Below, piece by piece: positions 17,800 through 26,374 of a stretch of 28,073 bases of DNA. Both the position numbers and the translations under genes were made by a program. Each line of letters begins with the position of its first letter. Position 1 is the first letter of the stretch. The stretch covers positions 1-28,073 of the forward strand of contig JBGPFC010000045.1 of the NCBI GenBank assembly GCA_041483195.1. Direction: 5' to 3'. Source of the DNA: Candidatus Eiseniibacteriota bacterium. GTDB lineage: Bacteria > Eisenbacteria > RBG-16-71-46. The notes beneath the pieces are model-generated. The model was not told the origin of the DNA. It ran no database searches and was given only the letters and a program-made list of their open reading frames with translations.

Positions 17800-18975
17800 T
17801 CATTTCGAGTGACCCTTGGAAATTCTGCGAACTGGGAGGAAGGCCAGAATTCTCTCGCGCTTCGCCCGGACCACGTGTCCAACTCGTTCGATTAGCCCCA
17901 TCTTCATCAGAACATTCAGATCTCTGGAGACTGTCTTCTGCTGCTTAGTAGCGTAGGCAGCCGCCAAGCGAGGGCTAAGCGTTGCGATCTTCGCGACTGG
18001 GACACCGTCATGATGAAGGGAGAGGTCGAGCGCGAGGTGCCTCCGCCGTTCGTCCGCGAGCGACTTCTTGTCGCGGAATCCTTCGTGCACATAGTTTCTC
18101 CACGCCACGTCCCACTGTTGCTCCCTGATGCGCGCGAGTTGATCTTTCAGACCGTCGACGAATCCGGCGACCGCGTATTGAAGAAACGGGAGGACATCTC
18201 CCCCCGAGAGACTGGCTTGATGCAGCTGGCGGTAATACTCGGAACGTGTGCGGTTATAGTGGTCACTCAAGAGGTGCGCTGCAGGGAGTGGAACCCCCGC
18301 GTGAATGAGCATGTAGAACTCGATCAGGCGGGCCGTGCGGCCATTCCCGTCACCAAACGGATGAATCCAGGCCAAATAAATGTGCGCCAGCACGGATCGA
18401 ACAATGGCGAACGCAATCGCATTGGTTGGCTCATTTCGCAGATCTGGATGATTCAGCCACCCGCACATCCGTTCCAGTAGGTATTCACAGTCTTCCGGCA
18501 GGGGCGGGTCGTACCTGGCGACTCCCACCTTGACGGTGCGCACCTTGCCCGGGACGACATGCTCTTCCGCGGGCACCTTGGTCAGCACGATTTCATTCAG
18601 ATGGGAGACGAGCTTAGGGGTAAGCTCGTCGGTCGTGTGTTCCAGGTTCGCCGCAATTTCGTTGCACGCTCGAACGATGTTGTCGATTTCTTGGCCCAGA
18701 TATTGTTTCGACGCGGGGAGGTCCAATTTGCCTTCTATGCGCTTTCTGACTTCTTCCTCAGTGAGGGTGTTGCCCTCTATGGCCGTGGTCGCAAGGGCGC
18801 CCTTCGCGAGGTAGATTGAATGGAGTGAGGCGGCGGTGTCGGGTCTGAGCGGGACTCCAGCGATGTGCTCGCACTTCGACTGCGCTTCGCCGAGTTGGAG
18901 CCATGTCGTGGAGTTGATCCGGCGCAAATCAAATTCGAACGAAATCCAGCGGTGCGTTCTCTCGTACGGGCGCAT
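17800..18975 (-). CDS. Fic-domain protein (class II, N-terminal inhibitory motif) with putative C-terminal HTH
   Basis: HPFGDGNGRTAR catalytic motif; TTAIEGN fits (S/T)xxxE(G/N); ATG 18975 preceded by AAGGA (alternative start 19017); lower GC than neighbours. Confidence 0.9.
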   Translation of the reverse strand: MRPYERTHRWISFEFDLRRINSTTWLQLGEAQSKCEHIAGVPLRPDTAASLHSIYLAKGALATTAIEGNTLTEEEVRKRIEGKLDLPASKQYLGQEIDNIVRACNEIAANLEHTTDELTPKLVSHLNEIVLTKVPAEEHVVPGKVRTVKVGVARYDPPLPEDCEYLLERMCGWLNHPDLRNEPTNAIAFAIVRSVLAHIYLAWIHPFGDGNGRTARLIEFYMLIHAGVPLPAAHLLSDHYNRTRSEYYRQLHQASLSGGDVLPFLQYAVAGFVDGLKDQLARIREQQWDVAWRNYVHEGFRDKKSLADERRRHLALDLSLHHDGVPVAKIATLSPRLAAAYATKQQKTVSRDLNVLMKMGLIERVGHVVRAKRERILAFLPVRRISKGHSK

Positions 18976-19187
18976 CGTTGTCCGTCCTTGTGTCCAAGCT
19001 AGTTTGTTTTCTGGCATCCATTTAACTAATTACTTAGCCATACATATGTCCAACCTGACGTCGCACCATACGTCCACGTGATCGTCAGGCGCAAGCAGAG
19101 ATTCTGGCGCGGAATTCTGCGCGTGTCTGGGATCCGCAGGGTTAGAGGAGCTGAGGAAATCCAAGCCAAGGCTGGACGGAAACACTC

Positions 19188-20003
19188 ATGACTGAATCGT
19201 TTACGGATTCCCTCGGGCGCAGCCGCGCGCTGATCGGCATGCTGCACGTCGGCGCGCTGCCGGGAAGTCCCGCCGCGCGCGAGCGCCTCGATGCGCTGAT
19301 CGAGCGCTCGGTCGCCGAGGCGCGCGTCTATCGCGACGCTGGATTCCACGCGCTCATGATCGAGAACATGCACGACCGGCCCTACCTCGCGGGCGCGGTC
19401 GGCCCCGAGGTCGTGGCCGCGATGACGGCGATCGGCCGTGCGGTGCGGGCGGCGGTCGTCCTCCCGCTGGGCGTGCAGGTGCTCTCCGCGGCGAATCGCG
19501 AGGCGCTCGCGGTGGCCCTCGCGTGCGGCGCGGCGTTCGTGCGGGTCGAGGCCTTCGTGTTCGCGCATGTCGCGGACGAGGGCCTGCTCGAGGCGTGCGC
19601 GGGGCCACTGCTCCGCTACCGGCGCGCGATCGGTGCCGAGCACATCGCGGTGTTCGCCGACGTGAAGAAGAAGCACGCCTCCCACGCCATCACGGCGGAC
19701 GTTGACCTGGTCGAGACCGCGCGCGCCGCCGAGTTCTTCCTCGCGGACGGCGTGATCGTGAGCGGCGCCGCGACCGGGCGCGCCGCCGATCCTGAAGAGG
19801 TCGCGGCGGTGAGCGCGGCGGTCAAGATTCCGACGCTGGTGGGATCGGGGATCGCGCCAGACAACCTGGCGCGGTACGCGTCGGCGCGCGGGTTCATCGT
19901 GGGCTCGTGGGTCAAGCGCGACGGGCTGTGGTCGAACGCGCTCGATCCCGATCGGGTGCGGGCCGCCGCGAAGGCGTTTGCGGCGCTTACGCCCCGCGGC
20001 TGA
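19188..20003 (+). CDS. BtpA/SgcQ family TIM-barrel protein
   Basis: IGMLHV.ALPG, MIENMHDRPY, PLGVQVL, VADEG, ADVKKKH, ADGVIVSG.ATG, LVGSG, IVGSWVK. Confidence 0.92.
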   Translation: MTESFTDSLGRSRALIGMLHVGALPGSPAARERLDALIERSVAEARVYRDAGFHALMIENMHDRPYLAGAVGPEVVAAMTAIGRAVRAAVVLPLGVQVLSAANREALAVALACGAAFVRVEAFVFAHVADEGLLEACAGPLLRYRRAIGAEHIAVFADVKKKHASHAITADVDLVETARAAEFFLADGVIVSGAATGRAADPEEVAAVSAAVKIPTLVGSGIAPDNLARYASARGFIVGSWVKRDGLWSNALDPDRVRAAAKAFAALTPRG

Positions 20004-20162
20004 GGCCGCGCGGGCGCAAGGGCTCGGTGACCGGCACGCCGGCCTCGGCTTCCTTCAGGGTCGCGACGCTCTGCGACTCCGTGAATCGCGACTTCCTCAT
20101 TTGCCCTCCCGGTTGCCCGGGAGAGTCTAGCTCTGGCTGTCTACGAGGAGGGGAAGCTTACG
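19987..20162 (-). mobile_element. IS3-family left-end remnant: terminal repeat region + decayed 37-codon OrfA start (20100-19987)
   Basis: Minus-strand translation MRKSRFTESQSVATLKEAEAGVPVTEPLRPRGLSRGA* resembles IS3/IS407-group OrfA N-termini; the RBS lies inside hairpin CTCCCGG-GCAA-CCGGGAG; exact end uncertain. Confidence 0.8.
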
Positions 20163-20357
20163 GGCGGCGTGCACGTTGATCCTGTAGACGGGGCTCCAGC
20201 GCCCAAAGGTCGCCAGGCGCTTGGCGGGGTCTTGGCCCTGGGAGTTGCCGACGACTACGAGGCCAACTGCGAGGACGAGCATCGCCGTACGCGCGAGCAG
20301 CGCGATGCGCCCGGCGACCGTGGGGCGTGAAGTACTTGATGGAAAACGCGGGGCCAT
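20163..20357 (-). pseudogene. 5' fragment of a secreted protein truncated by the IS3 remnant (possibly galactose-oxidase/kelch-like)
   Basis: GGAGG RBS, ATG 20357, signal peptide, then FGRWSPVYRINVHAA running directly into IS sequence. Confidence 0.55.
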
Positions 20358-20443
20358 GGCCGGCCTCCATGAGTGGAAGGATGATCCCTTCTCCCGCGTA
20401 TGGGTGCAGAGCAGGTCGCAATCACCTGCGTGGGAGCGAAACG

Positions 20444-22990
20444 CTATCGGAGTTGAACGATCCGCAGCAGGGCGACCTCCTTTCCGAGCCGGGCACGCAG
20501 CAGATAGATTCCGGGCGCGGTGGGCCGGCCGGCGCGATCGCGACCGTCCCAGCTCAGCACCATTGGCCCGGGTGCGCCCGCGTCGCGCGTGAGCGTCGCC
20601 ACCCCGTGCCCCATCAGATCGTAGACCTCGACCTCGACCTCTCCCGCCCGCGGCACCGCGAGCGTGAGTTGAGCGCGCTCGCTGAACGGGCTCGGAGTTG
20701 CGCGCACCCAGCCGAGACGGGAGGGATTCACGCCGAGCTCGATTTCGACCGGACCGATGTACTGAATGCTGCCGTCCGCGTAGAGCACCGCAAGCCGGTA
20801 GCGATAATGTCCTCCGCGCTCCGCGCTCGGATCCTCCACCACGTACTCCGCGCGCCCATCGAGCGGGACCAGGTCCGCATTGAGCGGTGCGAACGATCCA
20901 TTCGCGCCAGTGGCGCGCTCCACGCGGAAGCCCGTGATCCCGCGGCCATCGTCCACCCGCCACGTGAGCCGCACCCGATCGCCTCCGGCGTCGGCGCGGA
21001 ACTCGGACACCGCGATCCCGGTCGGGTCGTCCCCGGCGATCCGCACCCCGCGGATGTCCACGCTATCCGGGCAGTTGGCCTGGGTCCACAGCACGTACAC
21101 CCGGCTCCCCGCGGCGCGCACCGCGAGATGGTCCCCGAAATTTGGACCCGCTCCAGCACAGCTCCAATCGCTCGCATGGCTGCTCAATCGTCGCGAGGGA
21201 TAGAAGCTCCCGCCGCCGTCCCTCGACACCGCCCAGTAGGTCTCGACCTGCGTTCCGCAGTCGGGATCGTCGCGCCGGTCGTACCACGCCACGTGCACCT
21301 GGCCGAGATCATCCACCGCCACACTCGGGAAGCACTCATCGAAGCGCGGCGGAGCGTCGTTGACCCGCCGCTGCGCGGACCAGGTGGCGCCGCCATCGGC
21401 GGAGGTGACCAGCATCACGTCGCGGTGGTCGCGCGCCGGCTGAACGGGGAAAGGGGTGAAGGTGCGCAGGTGGATCGCGATGTTCATGTCGAGACAGTAG
21501 CCGCCGCCCGCGCTGATCCAGTAGCGCCCGGTGCGGGGCAGGGTCCAGATCAGCGGCGGCAGCGGACCCAGCGAATACGGCTGCATCACGATCGGACTGC
21601 CGAACCGCACCAGGCGGGTGGTGTCGTCGCCGCAATAGAGCGTGGCTCCGAATAGCGGAGCACAGAGCGGGCTGTACCCGTACCCCGTGATCTCTCCCCG
21701 CACCCACAGGGTTGTGCCCTGGGTCCCGGTGAAGGTGAACCACCCGAAGTTGCTGCTGTGGAAATGGGTGTCGGGCACGTAATGCACGATGTCCTGCCCG
21801 ATCTGGACCGGGGTGGCATTGATGAAGAAGTCGTTGGGCTCCACATCCGTCACGCTGCCGGTGCCCGGCCCCACCGTGCCCGCGGCGTTCTCGGCCCAGG
21901 TCAGGTAGACCCGCCCGCGGTAGGGGCCTGCGCCGCGATCCACCGCGATCGAAGGAAAGTCAGGAGGGGAGGTACTGAGCAAGGGATACATCGAGTTGTA
22001 GCGGCGGGGCCCGAACCACGCCGGCGGCGACATGTTCAGGTTGTCGTTGATGGTGGCCACCACGAACGGGGGGCCGAAGTTCGCGCCGAAGCTGGTGGAC
22101 TTGCGGCCCAGCATCTGACTGGTGCCGAAGTCCTCCCACACCACGTAAAGCTCGCCGTCGGGGCCGACCGCCGAGCGCACCCCATTGCAGTGGCTGGAGC
22201 CCAGCGTCTGCGGTGCGCTCCAGGTCAGCCCTCCATCCAGCGAGCGCACGAAAGAGGGGGTGTAGGACAACTTCGAGAGCGTGTGGGTGTAGGTCAGGTA
22301 GAGGTAGCCCCGCACCGGATCGCAGGTGAGGTAAGGGGCGTCCTCGGGTTCCTCAAGATCAGAATTCGGATACTCGAGTGGGATAGCCGGGACCGCCGCA
22401 CTCCACTGAAAGCCCGGGTCCTGAAACGAACCCCGCCACACTCCGAGGCCGCAACCCTCATTCCGGCTCAGGAAGGCCGCGGCGTAAAAGCGGCCCGCGT
22501 TGTCCACGCAGATGGTTGGGAATCCCCCAACCGTGGTGGCGAGGTCGCCGGGGAGTAGCCCTCCGTCGGCCCAAGTCTGGCCACCGTCGAGCGAATAGCC
22601 CCAGCCGACGTTGTAGCCAGCTGGATTCCGATACCATACGGCCACCGCCGAGTTGCCGAACACCGCGATGTCCGGCTCGTTCTGGATGCCCGGGATCGGG
22701 CTCACGCGAAGATCGGGACCAATCGGGTCCGCGCCGACCGCGGATGCCAGGCCGAGGGCGAGGATCATCGTGGCGATAGTGAGGACGAGCACGGCCCGGT
22801 GCTCGGCCGGAGTTCGCGCAGGAGTGTGTAGACGCAAAGCTCGTGGCGACGGTCCAGCGCCGCACGCGCCCGCCTCCGGCCGCCCGGCACAAGTGCTTCG
22901 GACCGGCTGACAGTGGCTGCGGATCACAAAGGCCCCGGTTCTAAATGCGAATCCTGGCCGCGGATCGCGGTCTGATTGGCGGGCCGGCAC
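20444..22990 (-). CDS. Secreted BNR/Asp-box (sialidase-like) propeller protein with inserted beta-sandwich and C-terminal FlgD-Ig domain (true start probably downstream of 22990)
   Basis: Asp-boxes SLDGGQTW, SLDGGLTW, STSFGANF, SADGGATW, SRDGGGSF; signal VLVLTIATMILALGLASAVGA; C-terminal PSPF...VYDLMG...WDGRDRAG...PGIYLLR. Confidence 0.85.
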   Translation of the reverse strand: MPARQSDRDPRPGFAFRTGAFVIRSHCQPVRSTCAGRPEAGACGAGPSPRALRLHTPARTPAEHRAVLVLTIATMILALGLASAVGADPIGPDLRVSPIPGIQNEPDIAVFGNSAVAVWYRNPAGYNVGWGYSLDGGQTWADGGLLPGDLATTVGGFPTICVDNAGRFYAAAFLSRNEGCGLGVWRGSFQDPGFQWSAAVPAIPLEYPNSDLEEPEDAPYLTCDPVRGYLYLTYTHTLSKLSYTPSFVRSLDGGLTWSAPQTLGSSHCNGVRSAVGPDGELYVVWEDFGTSQMLGRKSTSFGANFGPPFVVATINDNLNMSPPAWFGPRRYNSMYPLLSTSPPDFPSIAVDRGAGPYRGRVYLTWAENAAGTVGPGTGSVTDVEPNDFFINATPVQIGQDIVHYVPDTHFHSSNFGWFTFTGTQGTTLWVRGEITGYGYSPLCAPLFGATLYCGDDTTRLVRFGSPIVMQPYSLGPLPPLIWTLPRTGRYWISAGGGYCLDMNIAIHLRTFTPFPVQPARDHRDVMLVTSADGGATWSAQRRVNDAPPRFDECFPSVAVDDLGQVHVAWYDRRDDPDCGTQVETYWAVSRDGGGSFYPSRRLSSHASDWSCAGAGPNFGDHLAVRAAGSRVYVLWTQANCPDSVDIRGVRIAGDDPTGIAVSEFRADAGGDRVRLTWRVDDGRGITGFRVERATGANGSFAPLNADLVPLDGRAEYVVEDPSAERGGHYRYRLAVLYADGSIQYIGPVEIELGVNPSRLGWVRATPSPFSERAQLTLAVPRAGEVEVEVYDLMGHGVATLTRDAGAPGPMVLSWDGRDRAGRPTAPGIYLLRARLGKEVALLRIVQLR

Positions 22991-23056
22991 CGGCCCCGTC
23001 TCAATCGTTCAACAAATCACCGTGTGGAAAATCTTCACGTTCGATTTGTACTATTG

Positions 23057-23085
23057 AGTCTGAAACTCCATTAGAGCGCCGTCAA
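23057..23085 (-). promoter_or_regulatory. Putative sigma70 promoter for the BNR-repeat gene
   Basis: Minus strand TTGACG, 17 nt, CAGACT within an AT-rich intergenic stretch. Confidence 0.4.
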
Positions 23086-23303
23086 GATGAGAAACCCACG
23101 TTGAGATCAGGGATAAGGCAACGATCAGCGACCGAGAGGGTGCGTCTCGAATCGTTGGGAAACCCTGCAAGATCGGCTTAGCTCGCGCGATCCGCCCCCG
23201 CCCTCACTGGCGCGAACCGCCGCGCGACGATACGCTGGCGGCCCGCGGCGTCGGACCGCGCGTCTCGTCCATCCCGCGCCCCGCGCCCGCTACCCGGAGC
23301 CCG

Positions 23304-24218
23304 ATGAAGCTCGACCTGGTTCTCGTCGGCAATCTGCTGGTGGACGACATCGTCTTTCCCGACGGCCGCACGCTCATGGGCGAGCCGGGCGGCGCCTCGC
23401 TCTATGCCGCGCTCGCGGCCAGCCTGTGGGGCGCGAAGGTCGGGGTCGCGAGCGTGCGCGGCGAGGACTACCCGATCGCCGCGCTCGATGCGCTCGCGGC
23501 ACGCGGCGTGGATCTCTCCGGCGTGCGCGCGCTCGAAGGCCCGGGGGTGCGCACCTGGCTGCTCTACGAGGAGCGCGCGCGGCGCGTCATCCATCGGCTC
23601 GGCGGACCCAGCCATGCCGAGGTCTCGCCGCGGCCCCAGGACTTACCCCCGCACTACCTCGAAGCGCGCGTGATCCACCTGGCGCCGATGCCTTTCGAGA
23701 ACCAATTGGCGCTGGTCGCGAGCCTCGAAGGTCGCCGCGAGACCGCGCTCTCGCTCGATCCGTTCGAGCCGATTCGCGACGAGAACCTCGCCGCGTGGCG
23801 CGGCGTGCTCGCGCGGATCGACGCGTTGTTCGTGAGCGAGGACGATCTGCTGCTCTCGGGCGTGGCCGACGATCCGCGCGGCGCGCTGCGCTCGCTCGCC
23901 TCGGGCCGGCTGCGCTTCGTCGCGTTCAAGCGCGGCCGTGCGGGCGGCCTGCTGTACGACGTGCGCGAGCGCGCGTTCACCGAATGGCCGCCGGTGCCGC
24001 GGCTCTCGGGCGATCCGACCGGCGCGGGCGATGCATTCGCCGGCGGATTCCTCGCCGCGATCGCGGCGGGGCGTTCGCTGCCCGATGCGCTGGATCAGGG
24101 CATCGTCTCCGCGAGCTTCGCGCTCGAGGACTGGGGGGCGCGCGGCCTGATCGCGGCGACCCGCGCGGAAGCGGACCGCCGGCTGCGCGAGTGGCTCGGC
24201 TCGCGCGCCACGCAGTGA
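23304..24218 (+). CDS. PfkB/ribokinase-family kinase, probable pseudouridine kinase by context
   Basis: VGNLLVDDI, PGGASLYAA, LSLDP, KRG..G, DPTGAGDAFAGGF; directly upstream of psuG. Confidence 0.88.
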   Translation: MKLDLVLVGNLLVDDIVFPDGRTLMGEPGGASLYAALAASLWGAKVGVASVRGEDYPIAALDALAARGVDLSGVRALEGPGVRTWLLYEERARRVIHRLGGPSHAEVSPRPQDLPPHYLEARVIHLAPMPFENQLALVASLEGRRETALSLDPFEPIRDENLAAWRGVLARIDALFVSEDDLLLSGVADDPRGALRSLASGRLRFVAFKRGRAGGLLYDVRERAFTEWPPVPRLSGDPTGAGDAFAGGFLAAIAAGRSLPDALDQGIVSASFALEDWGARGLIAATRAEADRRLREWLGSRATQ

Positions 24219-24269
24219 TCGCATGAGCGCGCGACGGCGGCGGCGCCCGCGCGGGCGCGGGGGGATCGC

Positions 24270-25187
24270 GTGAACGGACGGTTCGATCTCTCGTCGTTCG
24301 TCGCGGCGGCGCTGCGCGCGCGCCGGCCGGTGGTCGCGCTCGAATCCACGCTCGTGACGCACGGCCTGCCGCACCCGCAGGGGGTCGAGGTGGCCTCGAA
24401 GCTCGAGGCCGAGGTGGTCGCGGGCGGCGCGACGCCGGCGACGATCGGCGTGCTCGACGGCAAGGTGCGGATCGGCCTCACGCTGGATGAGCTGCACCGG
24501 CTCGCGACCGCGCACGACACGCTGAAGCTCAACCTCAGCAACTTCGCGGCGCAGGTGGCGAGCGGGCAGCCGGGCTCCACCACCGTCGCGGCCACCGCGT
24601 TCGTCGCAGCGCACTCCGGGATCGAGGTGTTCGCGACCGGCGGGATCGGCGGCGTGCATCGCGGCGCTGCGGAGAGCGGCGACGTCTCGTCCGATCTCGA
24701 CGCGCTGGCGCGTTACCCGGTGGCGGTGGTGTGCGCGGGCGCCAAGGCGGTGCTCGACCTGCCGAAGACGGTCGAGATGCTCGAGTCGCGCGGCGTGCCG
24801 GTGTACGGCGTCGGCACCGACGAGTTCCCGGCCTTCTACCGCCGCGACAGCGGGCTGCCGGTGGACCGGCGGTTCGATTCGATCGAGGAGCTCGCGCGCG
24901 CGGTGCGCACCCACTTCATGCTGGGGCTCGGCACCGGGGTGGTGATCGCGAATCCGATTCCCGCCGAGCACGAGCTGCCGCGCGACGTGTACGAGGCCGC
25001 GCTCGCGCACGCGCTCGCCGACGCCGACGCGCGCAAGGTGCGCGGCCGCGAGGTGACGCCCTTCCTGCTCGAGCGCCTGCGCGAGCTCACAGAGGGCGGG
25101 AGCGTGTTCTCGAACGTGGCGTTGCTTCTGCACAACGCGCGCGTCGCCTCGGCGCTGGCCGGCGCGCTGGCGCGGGGGGGCGAGTGA
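24270..25187 (+). CDS. psuG: Pseudouridine-5'-phosphate glycosidase
   Basis: VVALESTLVTHGLPHP, PATIG, GSTTVAAT, FATGGIGGVHRG, DVSSDL, CAGAKAVLDLPKT.E.LES, VTPFLL. Confidence 0.96.
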   Translation: MNGRFDLSSFVAAALRARRPVVALESTLVTHGLPHPQGVEVASKLEAEVVAGGATPATIGVLDGKVRIGLTLDELHRLATAHDTLKLNLSNFAAQVASGQPGSTTVAATAFVAAHSGIEVFATGGIGGVHRGAAESGDVSSDLDALARYPVAVVCAGAKAVLDLPKTVEMLESRGVPVYGVGTDEFPAFYRRDSGLPVDRRFDSIEELARAVRTHFMLGLGTGVVIANPIPAEHELPRDVYEAALAHALADADARKVRGREVTPFLLERLRELTEGGSVFSNVALLLHNARVASALAGALARGGE

Positions 25188-26023
25188 GCCTCGCGCGAGC
25201 GGGCAGCCTGCTCGTCACCGATCCCGCGCTGTTCGCGCGCAAGTCGGTGGCGCGGCTCTCACGACGCATTCCGTTCTTCCCGCGGCGCGCGCTGCGCAAT
25301 ATCCGCGGCGTGCGCTTCGACTGCGACTTCGCGCTCGATCCTCGCGTGTCGGACATGTACTTCGCGGCGTACGAGCCGGCCGAGGTCGCGGTGCTGGAGC
25401 GCATCCTGAAGCCCGGCGACTTGTTCGTGGACGTCGGCGCGAACATCGGCTACCTCACCGCGGTGGGCGCGTCGCGGGTCGGCACCACCGGCCAGGTGCA
25501 CAGCTTCGAGCCGGTGCCCGATTACTTCGCGCGGCTCGAAGCGCTGCGCGCGGCGAATCCCGAATACACGATCGCGGTGAACCACGTCGCGCTCGGCGAG
25601 CGCGAGGGCGAGGCCGAGATCGCCCAGGCCGCCGACGGCAACATCGGGTGGAACACCATGGTGCCGGGACTGCTCGCCGGGGAGGCCGCGCGCGCGCGGC
25701 ATCGGGTGCGGGTGACCACGCTCGACCACTACCTCGCCGCGCGCGGGATCTCGCGCGTGGACCTCATCAAGATCGACACCGAGGGCTTCGAGCTGCCGGT
25801 GCTGCGCGGCGCGAGCGCGTTCCTCGAGCGCGCGACCCCACGCCCGCCCATCCTGTGCGAGGTCGCGCCCGGCGCGTACGCCGCGCTCGGCGCGCGGGTC
25901 GCGGATCTGTTCGAGTACCTCGAGCGTTTCGGCTACTCCGGCGTCGACGTCGAGCGCGGCGGGCGGAGGGTTGAGGCCGTGGGCCTCGACGCCACGACCA
26001 ACGTGTTGTTCGAGACGAGGTGA
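25184..26023 (+). CDS. FkbM-family SAM-dependent methyltransferase
   Basis: YEP, FVDVGANIGY, VHSFEP, ALGE, TTLD, DLIKIDTEGFELPVLRGA; GTGA overlap with psuG. Confidence 0.9.
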   Translation: MSLARAGSLLVTDPALFARKSVARLSRRIPFFPRRALRNIRGVRFDCDFALDPRVSDMYFAAYEPAEVAVLERILKPGDLFVDVGANIGYLTAVGASRVGTTGQVHSFEPVPDYFARLEALRAANPEYTIAVNHVALGEREGEAEIAQAADGNIGWNTMVPGLLAGEAARARHRVRVTTLDHYLAARGISRVDLIKIDTEGFELPVLRGASAFLERATPRPPILCEVAPGAYAALGARVADLFEYLERFGYSGVDVERGGRRVEAVGLDATTNVLFETR

Positions 26024-26302
26024 CGCGGCGCGCCGGCTGCGTAGGCTATCGCGCGCTATGGAGAGCAGGTAACGCATCCGCGACTGAGCAGCGAACTAAC
26101 CGCGGCATGTCAGCCCATCGCGACCGGCTCGGTGATTGGGGAGCGGATCGAGCCTCCCCTTGGCAACAGCTGGGCTCACGGTCGGTTCCGTCAGACTCAC
26201 ACGATCATCGAGCGGCGGCTCCAGTCGCCGTGCCAGCGACGACTGTCTGCCCGCCGATATCCCAAGGTGGTATCACTTTCCCATATAGCATCAAGATTGC
26301 GG

Positions 26303-26330
26303 TTGACGTGGTCAGGCCGGAGCGTAGGAT
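26303..26330 (+). promoter_or_regulatory. Putative sigma70 promoter
   Basis: TTGACG, 16 nt, TAGGAT, 44 nt upstream of ATG 26375. Confidence 0.45.
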
Positions 26331-26374
26331 CACCGATGACCCCCTGAAGGCAGAAGCACCGACAGGAGGTCGCC

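Noticed and set aside
23023..23031. DnaA-box match TTTTCCACA (minus strand) in an AT-rich gap
   Set aside because: Isolated single box next to an accessory gene; no cluster to support oriC
3473..25133. Many long antisense or alternate-frame ORFs (e.g. 3473-5077, 5033-6430, 10877-12337, 14130-15569, 20327-21655, 23643-25133)
   Set aside because: Arg/Ala/Pro-rich shadows of real genes, expected in high-GC DNA, with no recognisable motifs
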